A DNA stretch of 64,000 nucleotides from Balanoglossus misakiensis (Eukaryota > Animalia > Hemichordata): the NCBI GenBank assembly GCA_040954595.2, contig CM082582.2:2092303-2156302 (forward strand), given 5' to 3'. Both the position numbers and the translations under genes were made by a program. Positions 1 to 15,100 of this stretch are shown here, piece after piece. Under the pieces are notes generated by a model. The model did no database searches and had not been told where the DNA came from. It saw nothing but the letters and a program-made list of their open reading frames with translations. How positions within the stretch are numbered: position 1 is the first letter of the stretch; every line of letters starts with the position of its first letter.

Positions 1-184
1 CAACAAAATTTGATACCAAACTGATCAGTGTCCAACAACAAGCAGACTTCTACGCTTTATTGGTTAACTTTAAATAGCTTATATACATAATTATTGTGTT
101 AAGGTTAATACATGTATTTCATTAGGTGTTCCGGTCCTCTAAATTTAAAAGCTGTATCTGCTGTGCATATCAAGTTTTGGAAAT
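1..184 (+). repeat. Partial copy of the ~830-900-bp macro-repeat unit, leading directly into the 116-bp array
   Basis: caacaaaatttgataccaaactgatcagtgtcc...gctgtatctgctgtgcat aligns with 21477-21660 and 23214-23397. The ORF-track peptides at 112, 21587 and 23324 all begin MYFIRCS. Confidence 0.9.
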
Positions 185-3100
185 GTAGATCAAGGGTCAT
201 TGCCAAAATTATCAAAATATTTGGGTTATGTCCTGGCAGCAATAAAACTCATGTGAACAAAATCATGACTGCTGTGCTTTTTGACAAGAGACATACCCAA
301 GTAGATCAAGGGTCATTGCAAAAATTATCAAAATATTTGGGTTATGCCCTGGCAGCAGTAGTACTTGTGTGAACAAATCATGACTGTTGTGCTTTTAACA
401 AGAGACATATCCAAGTAGATCAAGGGTCATTGCCAAAATTATCAAAATATTTGGGTTATGTCCTGACAGCAATAGAATTCATGTGAACACAATCATGACT
501 GTTGTGCTTTTTAACAAGAGACATATCCAAGTAGATCAAGAGTCATTGCCAAAATTATCAAAATATTTGGGTTAAGTCCTGGCAGCAATAAAACTCATTT
601 AAACACAATCATGACTGTTGTGCTTTTTAACAAGAGACATATCCAAGTAGATCAAGGGTCATTGCCAAAATTATCAAAATATTTTGGTTATGTCCTGGCA
701 GCAATAAAACTCATGTGAACACAATCATGACTGTTGTGCTTTTTATCAAGAGACATATCCAAGTAGATCAAGGGTCATGGCCAAAATTATAAAAATATTT
801 GGGTTATGTCCTGGCAGCAATAAAACTCGTGTGAACACAATCATGAATGTTGTGCTTTTTAACAAGAGACATATCCAAGTAGATCAAGGGTCATTGCCAA
901 AATTATCAAAATATTTGGGTTATGTCTTGGCAGCAATAGTAGTCACGTAAACAAAATCATGACTGTTGTGCTTTTTAACAAGAGACATATCCAAGTAGAT
1001 CAAGGGTCATTGCCAAAATTATCAAAATATTTTGGTTATGTCCTGGCAGCAATAAAACTCATGTGAACACAATAATGACTGTTGTGCTTTTTAACAAGAA
1101 ACATATCAGAGTAGATCAAGGGTCATTGCCAAAATTATCAAAATATTTGTGTTATGTCCTGACAGCAATAAAACTCGTGTGAACACAATCATGACTGTTG
1201 TGCTCTTTAACAAGAGACATATCAAAGAAGATCAAGGGTCATTGCCATAATTATCAAAATATTTGGGTTATGTCCTGGCAGCAATAAAACTCATGTGAAC
1301 AAAATAATGACTGTTGTGCTTTTTAACAAGAGACATATCCAAGTAGATCAAGAGTCATTGCCAAAATTATCAAAATATTTGGTATATGTCCTGGCAGCAA
1401 TAAAACTCATGTGAGCACAATCATGACTGTTGTGCTTTTTATCAAGAGACATATCCAAGTAGATCAAGGGTCATTGCCAAAATTATCAAAATATTTGGGT
1501 TAAGTCATGGCAGCAATAGTAGTCACGTAAACAAAATCATGACTGTTGTGCTTTTTAACAAGAGACATATCCAAGTAGATCAAGGGTCATGGCCAAAATT
1601 ATCAAAATATTTGGGTTATGTCCTGGCAGCAATAAAACTCGTGTGAACACAATCATGACTGTTGTGCTTTTTATCAAGAGACATATCCAAGTAGATCAAG
1701 GGTCATTGCCAAGATTATCAAAATATTTGGGTTAAGTCCTGGCAGCAATAGTAGTCACGTAAACAAAATCATGACTGTTGTGCTTTTTAACTAGAGACAT
1801 ATCCAAGTAGATCAAGGGTCATTTCCAAAATTATCAAAATATTTGGGTTATGTCATGTCAGCAATAAAACTCATGTAGATCAAGAGTCATTGCCAAAATT
1901 ATCAAAATATTTGGTATATGTCCTGGCAGCAATAAAATTCATGTTAACAAAATCATGACTGATGTGCTTTTTAACAAGAGCCATATCCAAGTAGATCAAG
2001 GGTCATTGCCAAAATTATCAAAATATTTGGGTTATGTCCTGGCAGCAATAAAACTCGTGTGAACACAATCATGACTGTTGTGCTTTTTAACAAGAGACAT
2101 ATCCAAGAAGATCAAGGGTCATTACCAAAATTATCAAAATATTTGGGTTATGTCCTGGCAGCAATAAAACTCATGTGAACACAATCATGACTGTTGTGCT
2201 TTTTATCAAGAGACATATCCAAGTAGATCAAGGGTCATTGCCAAAATTATCAAAATATTTGGGTTATGTCCTGGCAGCAATAAAACTCATGTGAACAAAA
2301 TAATGACTGTTGTGCTTTTTAACAAGAGACATATCCAAGTAGATCAAGAGTCATTGCCAAAATTATCAAAATATTTGGTACTGATGTGCTTTTTAACAAG
2401 AGACATATCCAAGTAGATCAAGGGTCATTGCCAAAATTATCAAAATATTTGGGTTATGTCCTGGCAGCAATAAAACTCATGTAGATCAAGAGTCATTGCC
2501 AAAATTATCAAAATATTTGAGTTATGTCCTGGCAGCAATAAAACTCGTGTGAACACAATCATGACTGTTGTGCTTTTTATCAAGAGACATATCCAAGTAG
2601 ATCAAGGGTCATGGCCAAAATTATAAAAAATATTTGGGTTATGTCCTGGCAGCAATAAAACTTGTGTGAACACAATCATGACTGTTGTGCTTTTTAACAA
2701 GAGACATATCCAAGTAGATCAAGGGTCATTTCCAAAATTATCAAAATATTTGGGTTATGTCATGTCAGCAATAAAACTCATGTAGATCAAGAGTCATTGC
2801 CAAAATTATCAAAATATTTGGTATATGTCCTGGCAGCAATAAAATTCATGTTAACAAAATCATGACTGATGTGCTATTTTTATCAAAATATTTGGTATAT
2901 GTCCTGGCAGCAATAAAATTCATGTTAACAAAATCATGACTGATGTGCTTTTTAACAAGAGACATATCCAAGTAGATCAAGGGTCATTGCCAAAATTATC
3001 AAAATATTTGGGTTATGTCCTGGCAGCAATACAACTCGTGTGAACACAATCATGACTGTTGTGCTTTTTAACAAGAGACATATCCAAGAAGATCAAGGGT

Positions 3101-6100
3101 CATTACCAAAATTATCAAAATATTTGGGTTATGTCCTGGCAGCAATAAAACTCATGTGAACACAATCATGACTGTTGTGCTTTTTATCAAGAGACATATC
3201 CAAGTAGATCAAGGGTCATTGCCAAAATTATCAAAATATTTGGGTTATGTCCTGGCAGCAATAAAACTCGTGTGAACACAATCATGACTGTTGTGCTTTT
3301 TAACAAGAGACATATCCAAGTAGATCAAGGGTCATTGCCAAAATTATCAAAATATTTGGGTTATGTCCTGGCAGCAATAGTAGTCACGTAAACAAAATCA
3401 TGACTGTTGTGCTTTTTAACAAGAGACATATCCAAGTAGATCAAGGGTCATTGCCAAAATTATCAAAATATTTGGGTTATGTCCTGGCAGCAATAAAATT
3501 CATGTTAACAAAATCATGACTGATGTGCTTTTTAACAAGAGACATATCCAAGTAGATCAAGGGTCATTGCCAAAATTATCAAAATATTTGGGTTATGTCC
3601 TGGCAGCAATAAAACTCGTGTGAACACAATCATGACTGTTGTGCTTTTTAACAAGAGACATATCCAAGAAGATCAAGGGTCATTACCAAAATTATCAAAA
3701 TATTTGGGTTATGTCCTGGCAGCAATAAAACTCATGTGAACACAATCATGACTGTTGTGCTTTTTATCAAGAGACATATCCAAGTAGATCAAGGGTCATT
3801 GCCAAAATTATCAAAATATTTGGGTTATGTCCTGGCAGCAATAAAACTCGTGTGAACACAATCATGACTGTTGTGCTTTTTAACAAGAGACATATCCAAG
3901 TAGATCAAGGGTCATTGCCAAAATTATCAAAATATTTGGGTTATGTCCTGGCAGCAATAGTAGTCACGTAAACAAAATCATGACTGTTGTGCTTTTTAAC
4001 AAGAGACATATCCAAGTAGATCAAGGGTCGTTGCCAAAATTATCAAAATATTTTGGTTATGTCCTGGCAGCAATAAAACTCATGTGAACAAAATAATGAC
4101 AGTTGTGCTTTTTAACAAGAGACATATCCAAGTAGTTCAAGGGTCATTGCCAAAATTATCAAAATATTTGGGTTATGTCATGGCAGCAATAAAACTCATG
4201 TGAACAAAATAATGACTGTTGGGCTTTTTATCAAGAGACATATCCAAGTAGTTCAAGGGTCATTGCCATAATTATCAAAATATTTAGGTTATGTCCTGGC
4301 AGCAATAAAACTCATGTGAACAAAGTAATGACTGTTGTGCTTTTTAACAAGAGACATATCCAAGTAGATCAAGAGTCATTGCCAAAATTATCAAAATATT
4401 TGGTGTATGTCCTGGCAGCAATAAAACTCATGTTAACAAAATCATGACTGATGTGCTTTTTAACAAGAGACATATCCAAGTAGATCAAGGGTCATTGCCA
4501 AAATTATCAAAATATTTGGGTTATGTCCTGACAGCAATAAAACTCGTGTGAACACAATCATGACTGTTGTGCTCTTTAACAAGAGACATATCAAAGAAGA
4601 TCAAGGGTCATTGTCATAATTATCAAAATATTTGGGTTATGTCCTGGCAGCAATAAAACTCATGTGAACAAAATAATGACTGTTGTGCTTTTTAACAAGA
4701 GACATATCCAAGTAGATCAAGAGTCATTGCCAAAATTATCAAAATATTTGGTACTGATGTGCTTTTTAACAAGAGACATATCCAAGTAGATCAAGGGTCA
4801 TTGCCAAAATTATCAAAATATTTGGGTTATGTCCTGACAGCAATAAAACTCGTGTGAACACAATCATGACTGTTGTGCTCTTTAACAAGAGACATATCAA
4901 AGAAGATCAAGGGTCATTGCCATAATTATCAAAATATTTGGGTTATGTCCTGGCAGCAATAAAACTCATGTGAACAAAATAATGACTGTTGTGCTTTTTA
5001 ACAAGAGACATATCCAAGTAGATCAAGAGTCATTGCCAAAATTATCAAAATATTTGGTGTATGTCCTGGCAGCAATAAAACTCATGTTAACAAAATCATG
5101 ACTGTTGTGCTTTTTAACAAGAGACATATCCAAGTAGATCAAGGGTCATGGCCAAAATTATAAAAATATTTGGGTTATGTCCTGGCAGCAATAAAACTCG
5201 TGTGAACACAATCATGACTGTTGTGCTTTTTATCAAGAGACATATCCAAGTAGTTCAAGGGTCATTGCCAAGATTATCAAAATATTTGGGTTAAGTCCTG
5301 GCAGCAATAGTAGTCACGTAAACAAAATCATGACTGTTGTGCTTTTTAACAAGAGACATATCCAAGTAGATCAAGGGTCATGGCCAAAATTATAAAAAAA
5401 TATTTGGGTTATGTCCTGGCAGCAATAAAACTTGTGTGAACACAATCATGACTGTTGTGCTTTTTAACAAGAGACATATCCAAGTAGATCAATGGTCATT
5501 GCCAAATTTATCAAAATATTTGGGTTATGTCATGTCAGCAATAAAACTCATGTAGATCAAGAGTCATTGCCAAAATTATCAAATATTTGGTATATGTCCT
5601 GGCAGCAATAAAATTCATGTTAACAAAATCATGACTGATGTGCTTTTTAACAAGAGACATATCCAAGTAGATCAAGGGTCATTGCCAAAATTATCAAAAT
5701 ATTTTGGTTATGTCCTGGCAGCAATAAAACTCATGTGAACACAATAATGACTGTTGTGCTTTTTAACAAGAGACATATCCAAGTAGATCAAGGGTCATTG
5801 CCAAAATTATCAAAATATTTGTGTTATGTCCTGGCAGCAATAAAACTCATGTGAACAAAATAATGACTGTTGTGCTTTTTAACAAGAGACATATCCAAGT
5901 AGTTCAAGGGTCATTGCCAAAATTATCAAAATATTTGGGTTATGTCATGGCAGCAAGAAAACTCATGTGAACAAAATAATGACTGTTGGGCTTTTTATCA
6001 AGAGACATATCCAAGTAGTTCAAGGGTCATTGCCATAATTATCAAAATATTTAGGTTATGTCCTGGCAGCAATAAATCTCATGTGAACAAAATAATGACT

Positions 6101-9100
6101 GTTGTGCTTTTTAACAAGAGACATATCCAAGTAGATCAAGAGTCATTGCCAAAATTATCAAAATATTTGTGTTATGTCCTGGCAGCAATAAAACTCATGT
6201 GAACAAAATAATGACTGTTGTGCTTATTAACAAGAGACATATCCAAGTAGTTAAAGGGTCATTGCCAAAATTATCAAAATATTTGGGTAATGTCATGGCA
6301 GCAATAAAACTCATGTGAACAAAATAATGACTGTTGGGCTTTTTATCAAGAGACATATCCAAGTAGTTCAAGGGTCATTGCCATAATTATCAAAATATTT
6401 AGGTTATGTCCTGGCAGCAATAAAACTCATGTGAACAAAATAATGACTGTTGTGCTTTTTAACAAGAGACATATCCAAGTAGATCAAGAGTCATTGCCAA
6501 AAGTATCAAAATATTTGGTGTATGTCCTGGCAGCAATAAAACTCATGTTAACAAAATCATGACTTATGTGCTTTTTAACAAGAGACATATCCAAGTAGAT
6601 CAAGGGTCATTGCCAAAATTATAAAAATATTTGGGTTATGTCCTGACAGCAATAAAACTCGTGTGAACACAATCATGACTGTTGTGCTCTTTAACAAGAG
6701 ACATATCCAAGAAGATCAAGGGTCATTGCCATAATTATCAAAATATTTGGGTTAAGTCCTGGCAGCAATAGAAGTCACGTAAACAAAATCATGACTGTTG
6801 TGCTTTTTAACAAGAGACATATCCAAGTAGATCAAGGGTCATGGCCAAAATTATAAAAATATTTGGGTTATGTCCTGGCAGCAATAAAACTCGTGTGAAC
6901 ACAATCATGACTGTTGTGCTTTTTATCAAGAGACATATCTAAGTAGATCAAGGGTCATTGCCATAATTATCAAAATATTTGGGTTAAGTCCTGGCAGCAA
7001 TAGTAGTCACGTAAACAAAATCATGACTGTTGTGCTTTTTAACAAGAGACATATCCAAGTCGATCAAGGGTCATTGCCAAAATTATCAAAATATTTGGGT
7101 TATGTCCTGGCAGCAATAAAACTCGTGTGAACACAATCATGACTGTTGTGCTTTTTAACAAGAGACATATCCAAGAAGATCAAGGGTCATTACCAAAATT
7201 ATCAAAATATTTGGGTTATGTCCTGGCAGCAATAAAACTCATGTGAACACAATCATGACTGTTGTGCTTTTTATCAAGAGACATATCCAAGTAGATCAAG
7301 GGTCATTGCCAAAATTATCAAAATATTTGGGTTATGTCCTGGCAGCAATAAAACTCATGTGAACAAAATAATGACTGTTGTGCTTTTTAACAAGAGACAT
7401 ATCCAAGTAGATCAAGAGTCATTGCCAAAATTATCAAAATATTTGGTACTGATGTGCTTTTTAACAAGAGACATATCCAAGTAGATCAAGGGTCATTGCC
7501 AAAATTATCAAAATATTTGGGTTATGTCCTGGCAGCAATAAAACTCATGTAGATCAAGAGTCATTGCCAAAATTATCAAAATATTTGAGTTATGTCCTGG
7601 CAGCAATAAAACTCGTGTGAACACAATCATGACTGTTGTGCTTTTTATCAAGAGACATATCCAAGTAGATCAAGGGTCATGGCCAAAATTATAAAAAATA
7701 TTTGGGTTATGTCCTGGCAGCAATAAAACTTGTGTGAACACAATCATGACTGTTGTGCTTTTTAACAAGAGACATATCCAAGTAGATCAAGAGTCATTGC
7801 CAAAATTATCAAAATATTTGTGTTATGTCCTGGCAGCAATAAAACTCATGTGAACAAAATAATGACTGTTGTGCTTATTAACAAGAGACATATCCAAGTA
7901 GTTAAAGGGTCATTGCCAAAATTATCAAAATATTTGGGTAATGTCATGGCAGCAATAAAACTCATGTGAACAAAATAATGACTGTTGGGCTTTTTATCAA
8001 GAGACATATCCAAGTAGTTCAAGGGTCATTGCCATAATTATCAAAATATTTAGGTTATGTCCTGGCAGCAATAAAACTCATGTGAACAAAATAATGACTG
8101 TTGTGCTTTTTAACAAGAGACATATCCAAGTAGATCAAGAGTCATTGCCAAAAGTATCAAAATATTTGGTGTATGTCCTGGCAGCAATAAAACTCATGTT
8201 AACAAAATCATGACTTATGTGCTTTTTAACAAGAGACATATCCAAGTAGATCAAGGGTCATTGCCAAAATTATAAAAATATTTGGGTTATGTCCTGACAG
8301 CAATAAAACTCGTGTGAACACAATCATGACTGTTGTGCTCTTTAACAAGAGACATATCCAAGAAGATCAAGGGTCATTGCCATAATTATCAAAATATTTG
8401 GGTTAAGTCCTGGCAGCAATAGAAGTCACGTAAACAAAATCATGACTGTTGTGCTTTTTAACAAGAGACATATCCAAGTAGATCAAGGGTCATGGCCAAA
8501 ATTATAAAAATATTTGGGTTATGTCCTGGCAGCAATAAAACTCGTGTGAACACAATCATGACTGTTGTGCTTTTTAACAAGAGACATATCCAAGAAGATC
8601 AAGGGTCATTACCAAAATTATCAAAATATTTGGGTTATGTCCTGGCAGCAATAAAACTCATGTGAACACAATCATGACTGTTGTGCTTTTTATCAAGAGA
8701 CATATCCAAGTAGATCAAGGGTCATTGCCAAAATTATCAAAATATTTGGGTTATGTCCTGGCAGCAATAAAACTCATGTGAACAAAATAATGACTGTTGT
8801 GCTTTTTAACAAGAGACATATCCAAGTAGATCAAGAGTCATTGCCAAAATTATCAAAATATTTGGTACTGATGTGCTTTTTAACAAGAGACATATCCAAG
8901 TAGATCAAGGGTCATTGCCAAAATTATCAAAATATTTGGGTTATGTCCTGGCAGCAATAAAACTCATGTAGATCAAGAGTCATTGCCAAAATTATCAAAA
9001 TATTTGAGTTATGTCCTGGCAGCAATAAAACTCGTGTGAACACAATCATGACTGTTGTGCTTTTTATCAAGAGACATATCCAAGTAGATCAAGGGTCATG

Positions 9101-12100
9101 GCCAAAATTATAAAAAATATTTGGGTTATGTCCTGGCAGCAATAAAACTTGTGTGAACACAATCATGACTGTTGTGCTTTTTAACAAGAGACATATCCAA
9201 GTAGATCAAGGGTCATTTCCAAAATTATCAAAATATTTGGGTTATGTCATGTCAGCAATAAAACTCATGTAGATCAAGAGTCATTGCCAAAATTATCAAA
9301 ATATTTGGTATATGTCCTGGCAGCAATAAAATTCATGTTAACAAAATCATGACTGATGTGCTATTTTTATCAAAATATTTGGTATATGTCCTGGCAGCAA
9401 TAAAATTCATGTTAACAAAATCATGACTGTTGTGCTTTTTAACAAGAGACATATCCAAGTAGATCAAGGGTCATTGCCAAAATTATCAAAATATTTGGGT
9501 TATGTCCTGGCAGCAATAAAACTCGTGTGAACACAATCATGACTGTTGTGCTTTTTAACAAGAGACATATCCAAGAAGATCAAGGGTCATTACCAAAATT
9601 ATCAAAATATTTGGGTTATGTCCTGGCAGCAATAAAACTCATGTGAACACAATCATGACTGTTGTGCTTTTTATCAAGAGACATATCCAAGTAGATCAAG
9701 GGTCATTGCCAAAATTATCAAAATATTTGGGTTATGTCCTGGCAGCAATAAAACTCGTGTGAACACAATCATGACTGTTGTGCTTTTTAACAAGAGACAT
9801 ATCCAAGTAGATCAAGGGTCATTGCCAAAATTATCAAAATATTTGGGTTATGTCCTGGCAGCAATAGTAGTCACGTAAACAAAATCATGACTGTTGTGCT
9901 TTTTAACAAGAGACATATCCAAGTAGATCAAGGGTCATTGCCAAAATTATCAAAATATTTGGGTTATGTCCTGGCAGCAATAAAATTCATGTTAACAAAA
10001 TCATGACTGATGTGCTTTTTAACAAGAGACATATCCAAGTAGATCAAGGGTCATTGCCAAAATTATCAAAATATTTGGGTTATGTCCTGGCAGCAATAAA
10101 ACTCGTGTGAACACAATCATGACTGTTGTGCTTTTTAACAAGAGACATATCCAAGAAGATCAAGGGTCATTACCAAAATTATCAAAATATTTGGGTTATG
10201 TCCTGGCAGCAATAAAACTCATGTGAACACAATCATGACTGTTGTGCTTTTTATCAAGAGACATATCCAAGTAGATCAAGGGTCATTGCCAAAATTATCA
10301 AAATATTTGGGTTATGTCCTGGCAGCAATAAAACTCGTGTGAACACAATCATGACTGTTGTGCTTTTTAACAAGAGACATATCCAAGTAGATCAAGGGTC
10401 ATTGCCAAAATTATCAAAATATTTGGGTTATGTCCTGGCAGCAATAGTAGTCACGTAAACAAAATCATGACTGTTGTGCTTTTTAACAAGAGACATATCC
10501 AAGTAGATCAAGGGTCATTGCCAAAATTATCAAAATATTTTGGTTATGTCCTGGCAGCAATAAAACTCATGTGAACAAAATAATGACAGTTGTGCTTTTT
10601 AACAAGAGACATATCCAAGTAGTTCAAGGGTCATTGCCAAAATTATCAAAATATTTGGGTTATGTCATGGCAGCAATAAAACTCATGTGAACAAAATAAT
10701 GACTGTTGGGCTTTTTATCAAGAGACATATCCAAGTAGTTCAAGGGTCATTGCCATAATTATCAAAATATTTAGGTTATGTCCTGGCAGCAATAAAACTC
10801 ATGTGAACAAAGTAATGACTGTTGTGCTTTTTAACAAGAGACATATCCAAGTAGATCAAGAGTCATTGCCAAAATTATCAAAATATTTGGTGTATGTCCT
10901 GGCAGCAATAAAACTCATGTTAACAAAATCATGACTGATGTGCTTTTTAACAAGAGACATATCCAAGTAGATCAAGGGTCATTGCCAAAATTATCAAAAT
11001 ATTTGGGTTATGTCCTGACAGCAATAAAACTCGTGTGAACACAATCATGACTGTTGTGCTCTTTAACAAGAGACATATCAAAGAAGATCAAGGGTCATTG
11101 CCATAATTATCAAAATATTTGGGTTATGTCCTGGCAGCAATAAAACTCATGTGAACAAAATAATGACTGTTGTGCTTTTTAACAAGAGACATATCCAAGT
11201 AGATCAAGAGTCATTGCCAAAATTATCAAAATATTTGGTACTGATGTGCTTTTTAACAAGAGACATATCCAAGTAGATCAAGGGTCATTGCCAAAATTAT
11301 CAAAATATTTGGGTTATGTCCTGACAGCAATAAAACTCGTGTGAACACAATCATGACTGTTGTGCTCTTTAACAAGAGACATATCAAAGAAGATCAAGGG
11401 TCATTGCCATAATTATCAAAATATTTGGGTTATGTCCTGGCAGCAATAAAACTCATGTGAACAAAATAATGACTGTTGTGCTTTTTAACAAGAGACATAT
11501 CCAAGTAGATCAAGAGTCATTGCCAAAATTATCAAAATATTTGGTGTATGTCCTGGCAGCAATAAAACTCATGTTAACAAAATCATGACTGTTGTGCTTT
11601 TTAACAAGAGACATATCCAAGTAGATCAAGGGTCATGGCCAAAATTATAAAAATATTTGGGTTATGTCCTGGCAGCAATAAAACTCGTGTGAACACAATC
11701 ATGACTGTTGTGCTTTTTATCAAGAGACATATCCAAGTAGATCAAGGGTCATTGCCAAGATTATCAAAATATTTGGGTTAAGTCCTGGCAGCAATAGTAG
11801 TCACGTAAACAAAATCATGACTGTTGTGCTTTTTAACAAGAGACATATCCAAGTAGATCAAGGGTCATGGCCAAAATTATAAAAAAATATTTGGGTTATG
11901 TCCTGGCAGCAATAAAACTTGTGTGAACACAATCATGACTGTTGTGCTTTTTAACAAGAGACATATCCAAGTAGATCAATGGTCATTGCCAAATTTATCA
12001 AAATATTTGGGTTATGTCATGTCAGCAATAAAACTCATGTAGATCAAGAGTCATTGCCAAAATTATCAAATATTTGGTATATGTCCTGGCAGCAATAAAA

Positions 12101-15100
12101 TTCATGTTAACAAAATCATGACTGATGTGCTTTTTAACAAGAGACATATCCAAGTAGATCAAGGGTCATTGCCAAAATTATCAAAATATTTTGGTTATGT
12201 CCTGGCAGCAATAAAACTCATGTGAACACAATAATGACTGTTGTGCTTTTTAACAAGAGACATATCCAAGTAGATCAAGGGTCATTGCCAAAATTATCAA
12301 AATATTTGTGTTATGTCCTGGCAGCAATAAAACTCATGTGAACAAAATAATGACTGTTGTGCTTTTTAACAAGAGACATATCCAAGTAGTTCAAGGGTCA
12401 TTGCCAAAATTATCAAAATATTTGGGTTATGTCATGGCAACAATAAAACTCATGTGAACAAAATAATGACTGTTGGGCTTTTTATCAAGAGACATATCCA
12501 AGTAGTTCAAGGGTCATTGCCATAATTATCAAAATATTTAGGTTATGTCCTGGCAGCAATAAATCTCATGTGAACAAAATAATGACTGTTGTGCTTTTTA
12601 ACAAGAGACATATCCAAGTAGATCAAGAGTCATTGCCAAAATTATCAAAATATTTGTGTTATGTCCTGGCAGCAATAAAACTCATGTGAACAAAATAATG
12701 ACTGTTGTGCTTATTAACAAGAGACATATCCAAGTAGTTAAAGGGTCATTGCCAAAATTATCAAAATATTTGGGTAATGTCATGGCAGCAATAAAACTCA
12801 TGTGAACAAAATAATGACTGTTGGGCTTTTTATCAAGAGACATATCCAAGTAGTTCAAGGGTCATTGCCATAATTATCAAAATATTTAGGTTATGTCCTG
12901 GCAGCAATAAAACTCATGTGAACAAAATAATGACTGTTGTGCTTTTTAACAAGAGACATATCCAAGTAGATCAAGAGTCATTGCCAAAAGTATCAAAATA
13001 TTTGGTGTATGTCCTGGCAGCAATAAAACTCATGTTAACAAAATCATGACTTATGTGCTTTTTAACAAGAGACATATCCAAGTAGATCAAGGGTCATTGC
13101 CAAAATTATCAAAATATTTGGGTTATGTCCTGACAGCAATAAAACTCGTGTGAACACAATCATGACTGTTGTGCTCTTTAACAAGAGACATATCCAAGAA
13201 GATCAAGGGTCATTGCCATAATTATCAAAATATTTGGGTTATGTCCTGGCAGCAATAAAACTCATGTGAACAAATTAATGACTGTTGTGCTTTTTAACAA
13301 GAGACATATCCAAGTAGATCAAGAGTCATTGCCAAAATTATCAAAATATTTGGGTAATGTCATGGCAGCAATAAAACTCATGTGAACAAAATAATGACTG
13401 TTGGGCTTTTTATCAAGAGACATATCCAAGTAGTTCAAGGGTCATTGCCATAATTATCAAAATATTTAGGTTATGTCCTGGCAGCAATAAAACTCATGTG
13501 AACAAAATAATGACTGTTGTGCTTTTTAACAAGAAACATATCCAAGTAGATCAAGAGTCATTGCCAAAATTATCAAAATATTTGGTGTATGTCCTGGCAG
13601 CAATAAAACTCATGTTAACAAAATCATGACTGATGTGCTTTTTAACAAGAGACATATCCAAGTAGATCAAGGGTCATTGCCAAAATTATCAAAATATTTG
13701 GGTTATGTCCTGACAGCAATAAAACTCGTGTGAACACAATCATGACTGTTGTGCTCTTTAACAAGAGACATATCCAAGAAGATCAAGGGTCATTGCCATA
13801 ATTATCAAAATATTTGGGTTATGTCCTGGCAGCAATAAAACTCATGTGAACAAAATAATGACTTTTGTGCTTTTTAACAAGAGACATATCCAAGTAGATC
13901 AAGAGTCATTGCCAAAATTATCAAAATATTTGGTATATGTCCTGGCAGCAATAAAACTCATGTGAGCACAATCATGACTGTTGTGCTTTTTATCAAGAGA
14001 CATATCCAAGTACATCAAGGGTCATTGCCAAAATTATCAAAATATTTGGGTTAAGTCCTGGCAGCAATAGTAGTCACGTAAACAAAATCATGACTGTTGT
14101 GCTTTTTAACAAGAGACATATCCAAGTAGATCAAGGGTCATGGCCAAAATTATCAAAATATTTGGGTTATGTCCTGGCAGCAATAAAACTAGTGTGAACA
14201 CAATCATGACTGTTGTGCTTTTTATCAAGAGACATATCCAAGTAGATCAAGGGTCATTGCCAAGATTATCAAAATATTTGGGTTAAGTCCTGGCAGCAAT
14301 AGTAGTCACGTAAACAAAATCATGACTGTTGTGCTTTTTAACAAGAGACATATCCAAGTAGATCAAGGGTCATGGCCAAAATTATAAAAAATATTTGGGT
14401 TATGTCCTGGCAGCAATAAAACTTGTGTGAACACAATCATGACTGTTGTGCTTTTTAACAAGAGACATATCCAAGTAGATCAAGAGTCATTGCCAAAATT
14501 ATCAAAATATTTGGTGTATGTCCTGGCAGCAATAAAACAAATGTTAACAAAATCATGACTGATGTGCTTTTTAACAAGAGACATATCCAAGTAGATCAAG
14601 GGTCATTGCCAAAATTATCAAAATATTTGGGTTATGTCCTGACAGCAATAAAACTTGTGTGAACACAATCATGACTGTTGTGCTCTTTAACAAGAGACAT
14701 ATCCAAGAAGATCAAGGGTCATTGCCATAATTATCAAAATATTTGGGTTATGTCCTGGCAGCAATAAAACTCATGTGAACAAAATAATGACTTTTGTGCT
14801 TTTTAACAAGAGACATATCCAAGTAGATCAAGAGTCATTGCCAAAATTATCAAAATATTTGGTATATGTCCTGGCAGCAATAAAACTCATGTGAGCACAA
14901 TCATAACTGTTGTGCTTTTTATCAAGAGACATATCCAAGTAGATCCAGGGTCATTGCCAAAATTATCAAAATATTTGGGTTAAGTCCTGGCAGCAATAGT
15001 AGTCACGTAAACAAAATCATGACTGTTGTGCTTTTTAACAAGAGACATATCCAAGTAGATCAAGGGTCATGGCCAAAATTATCAAAATATTTGGGTTATG

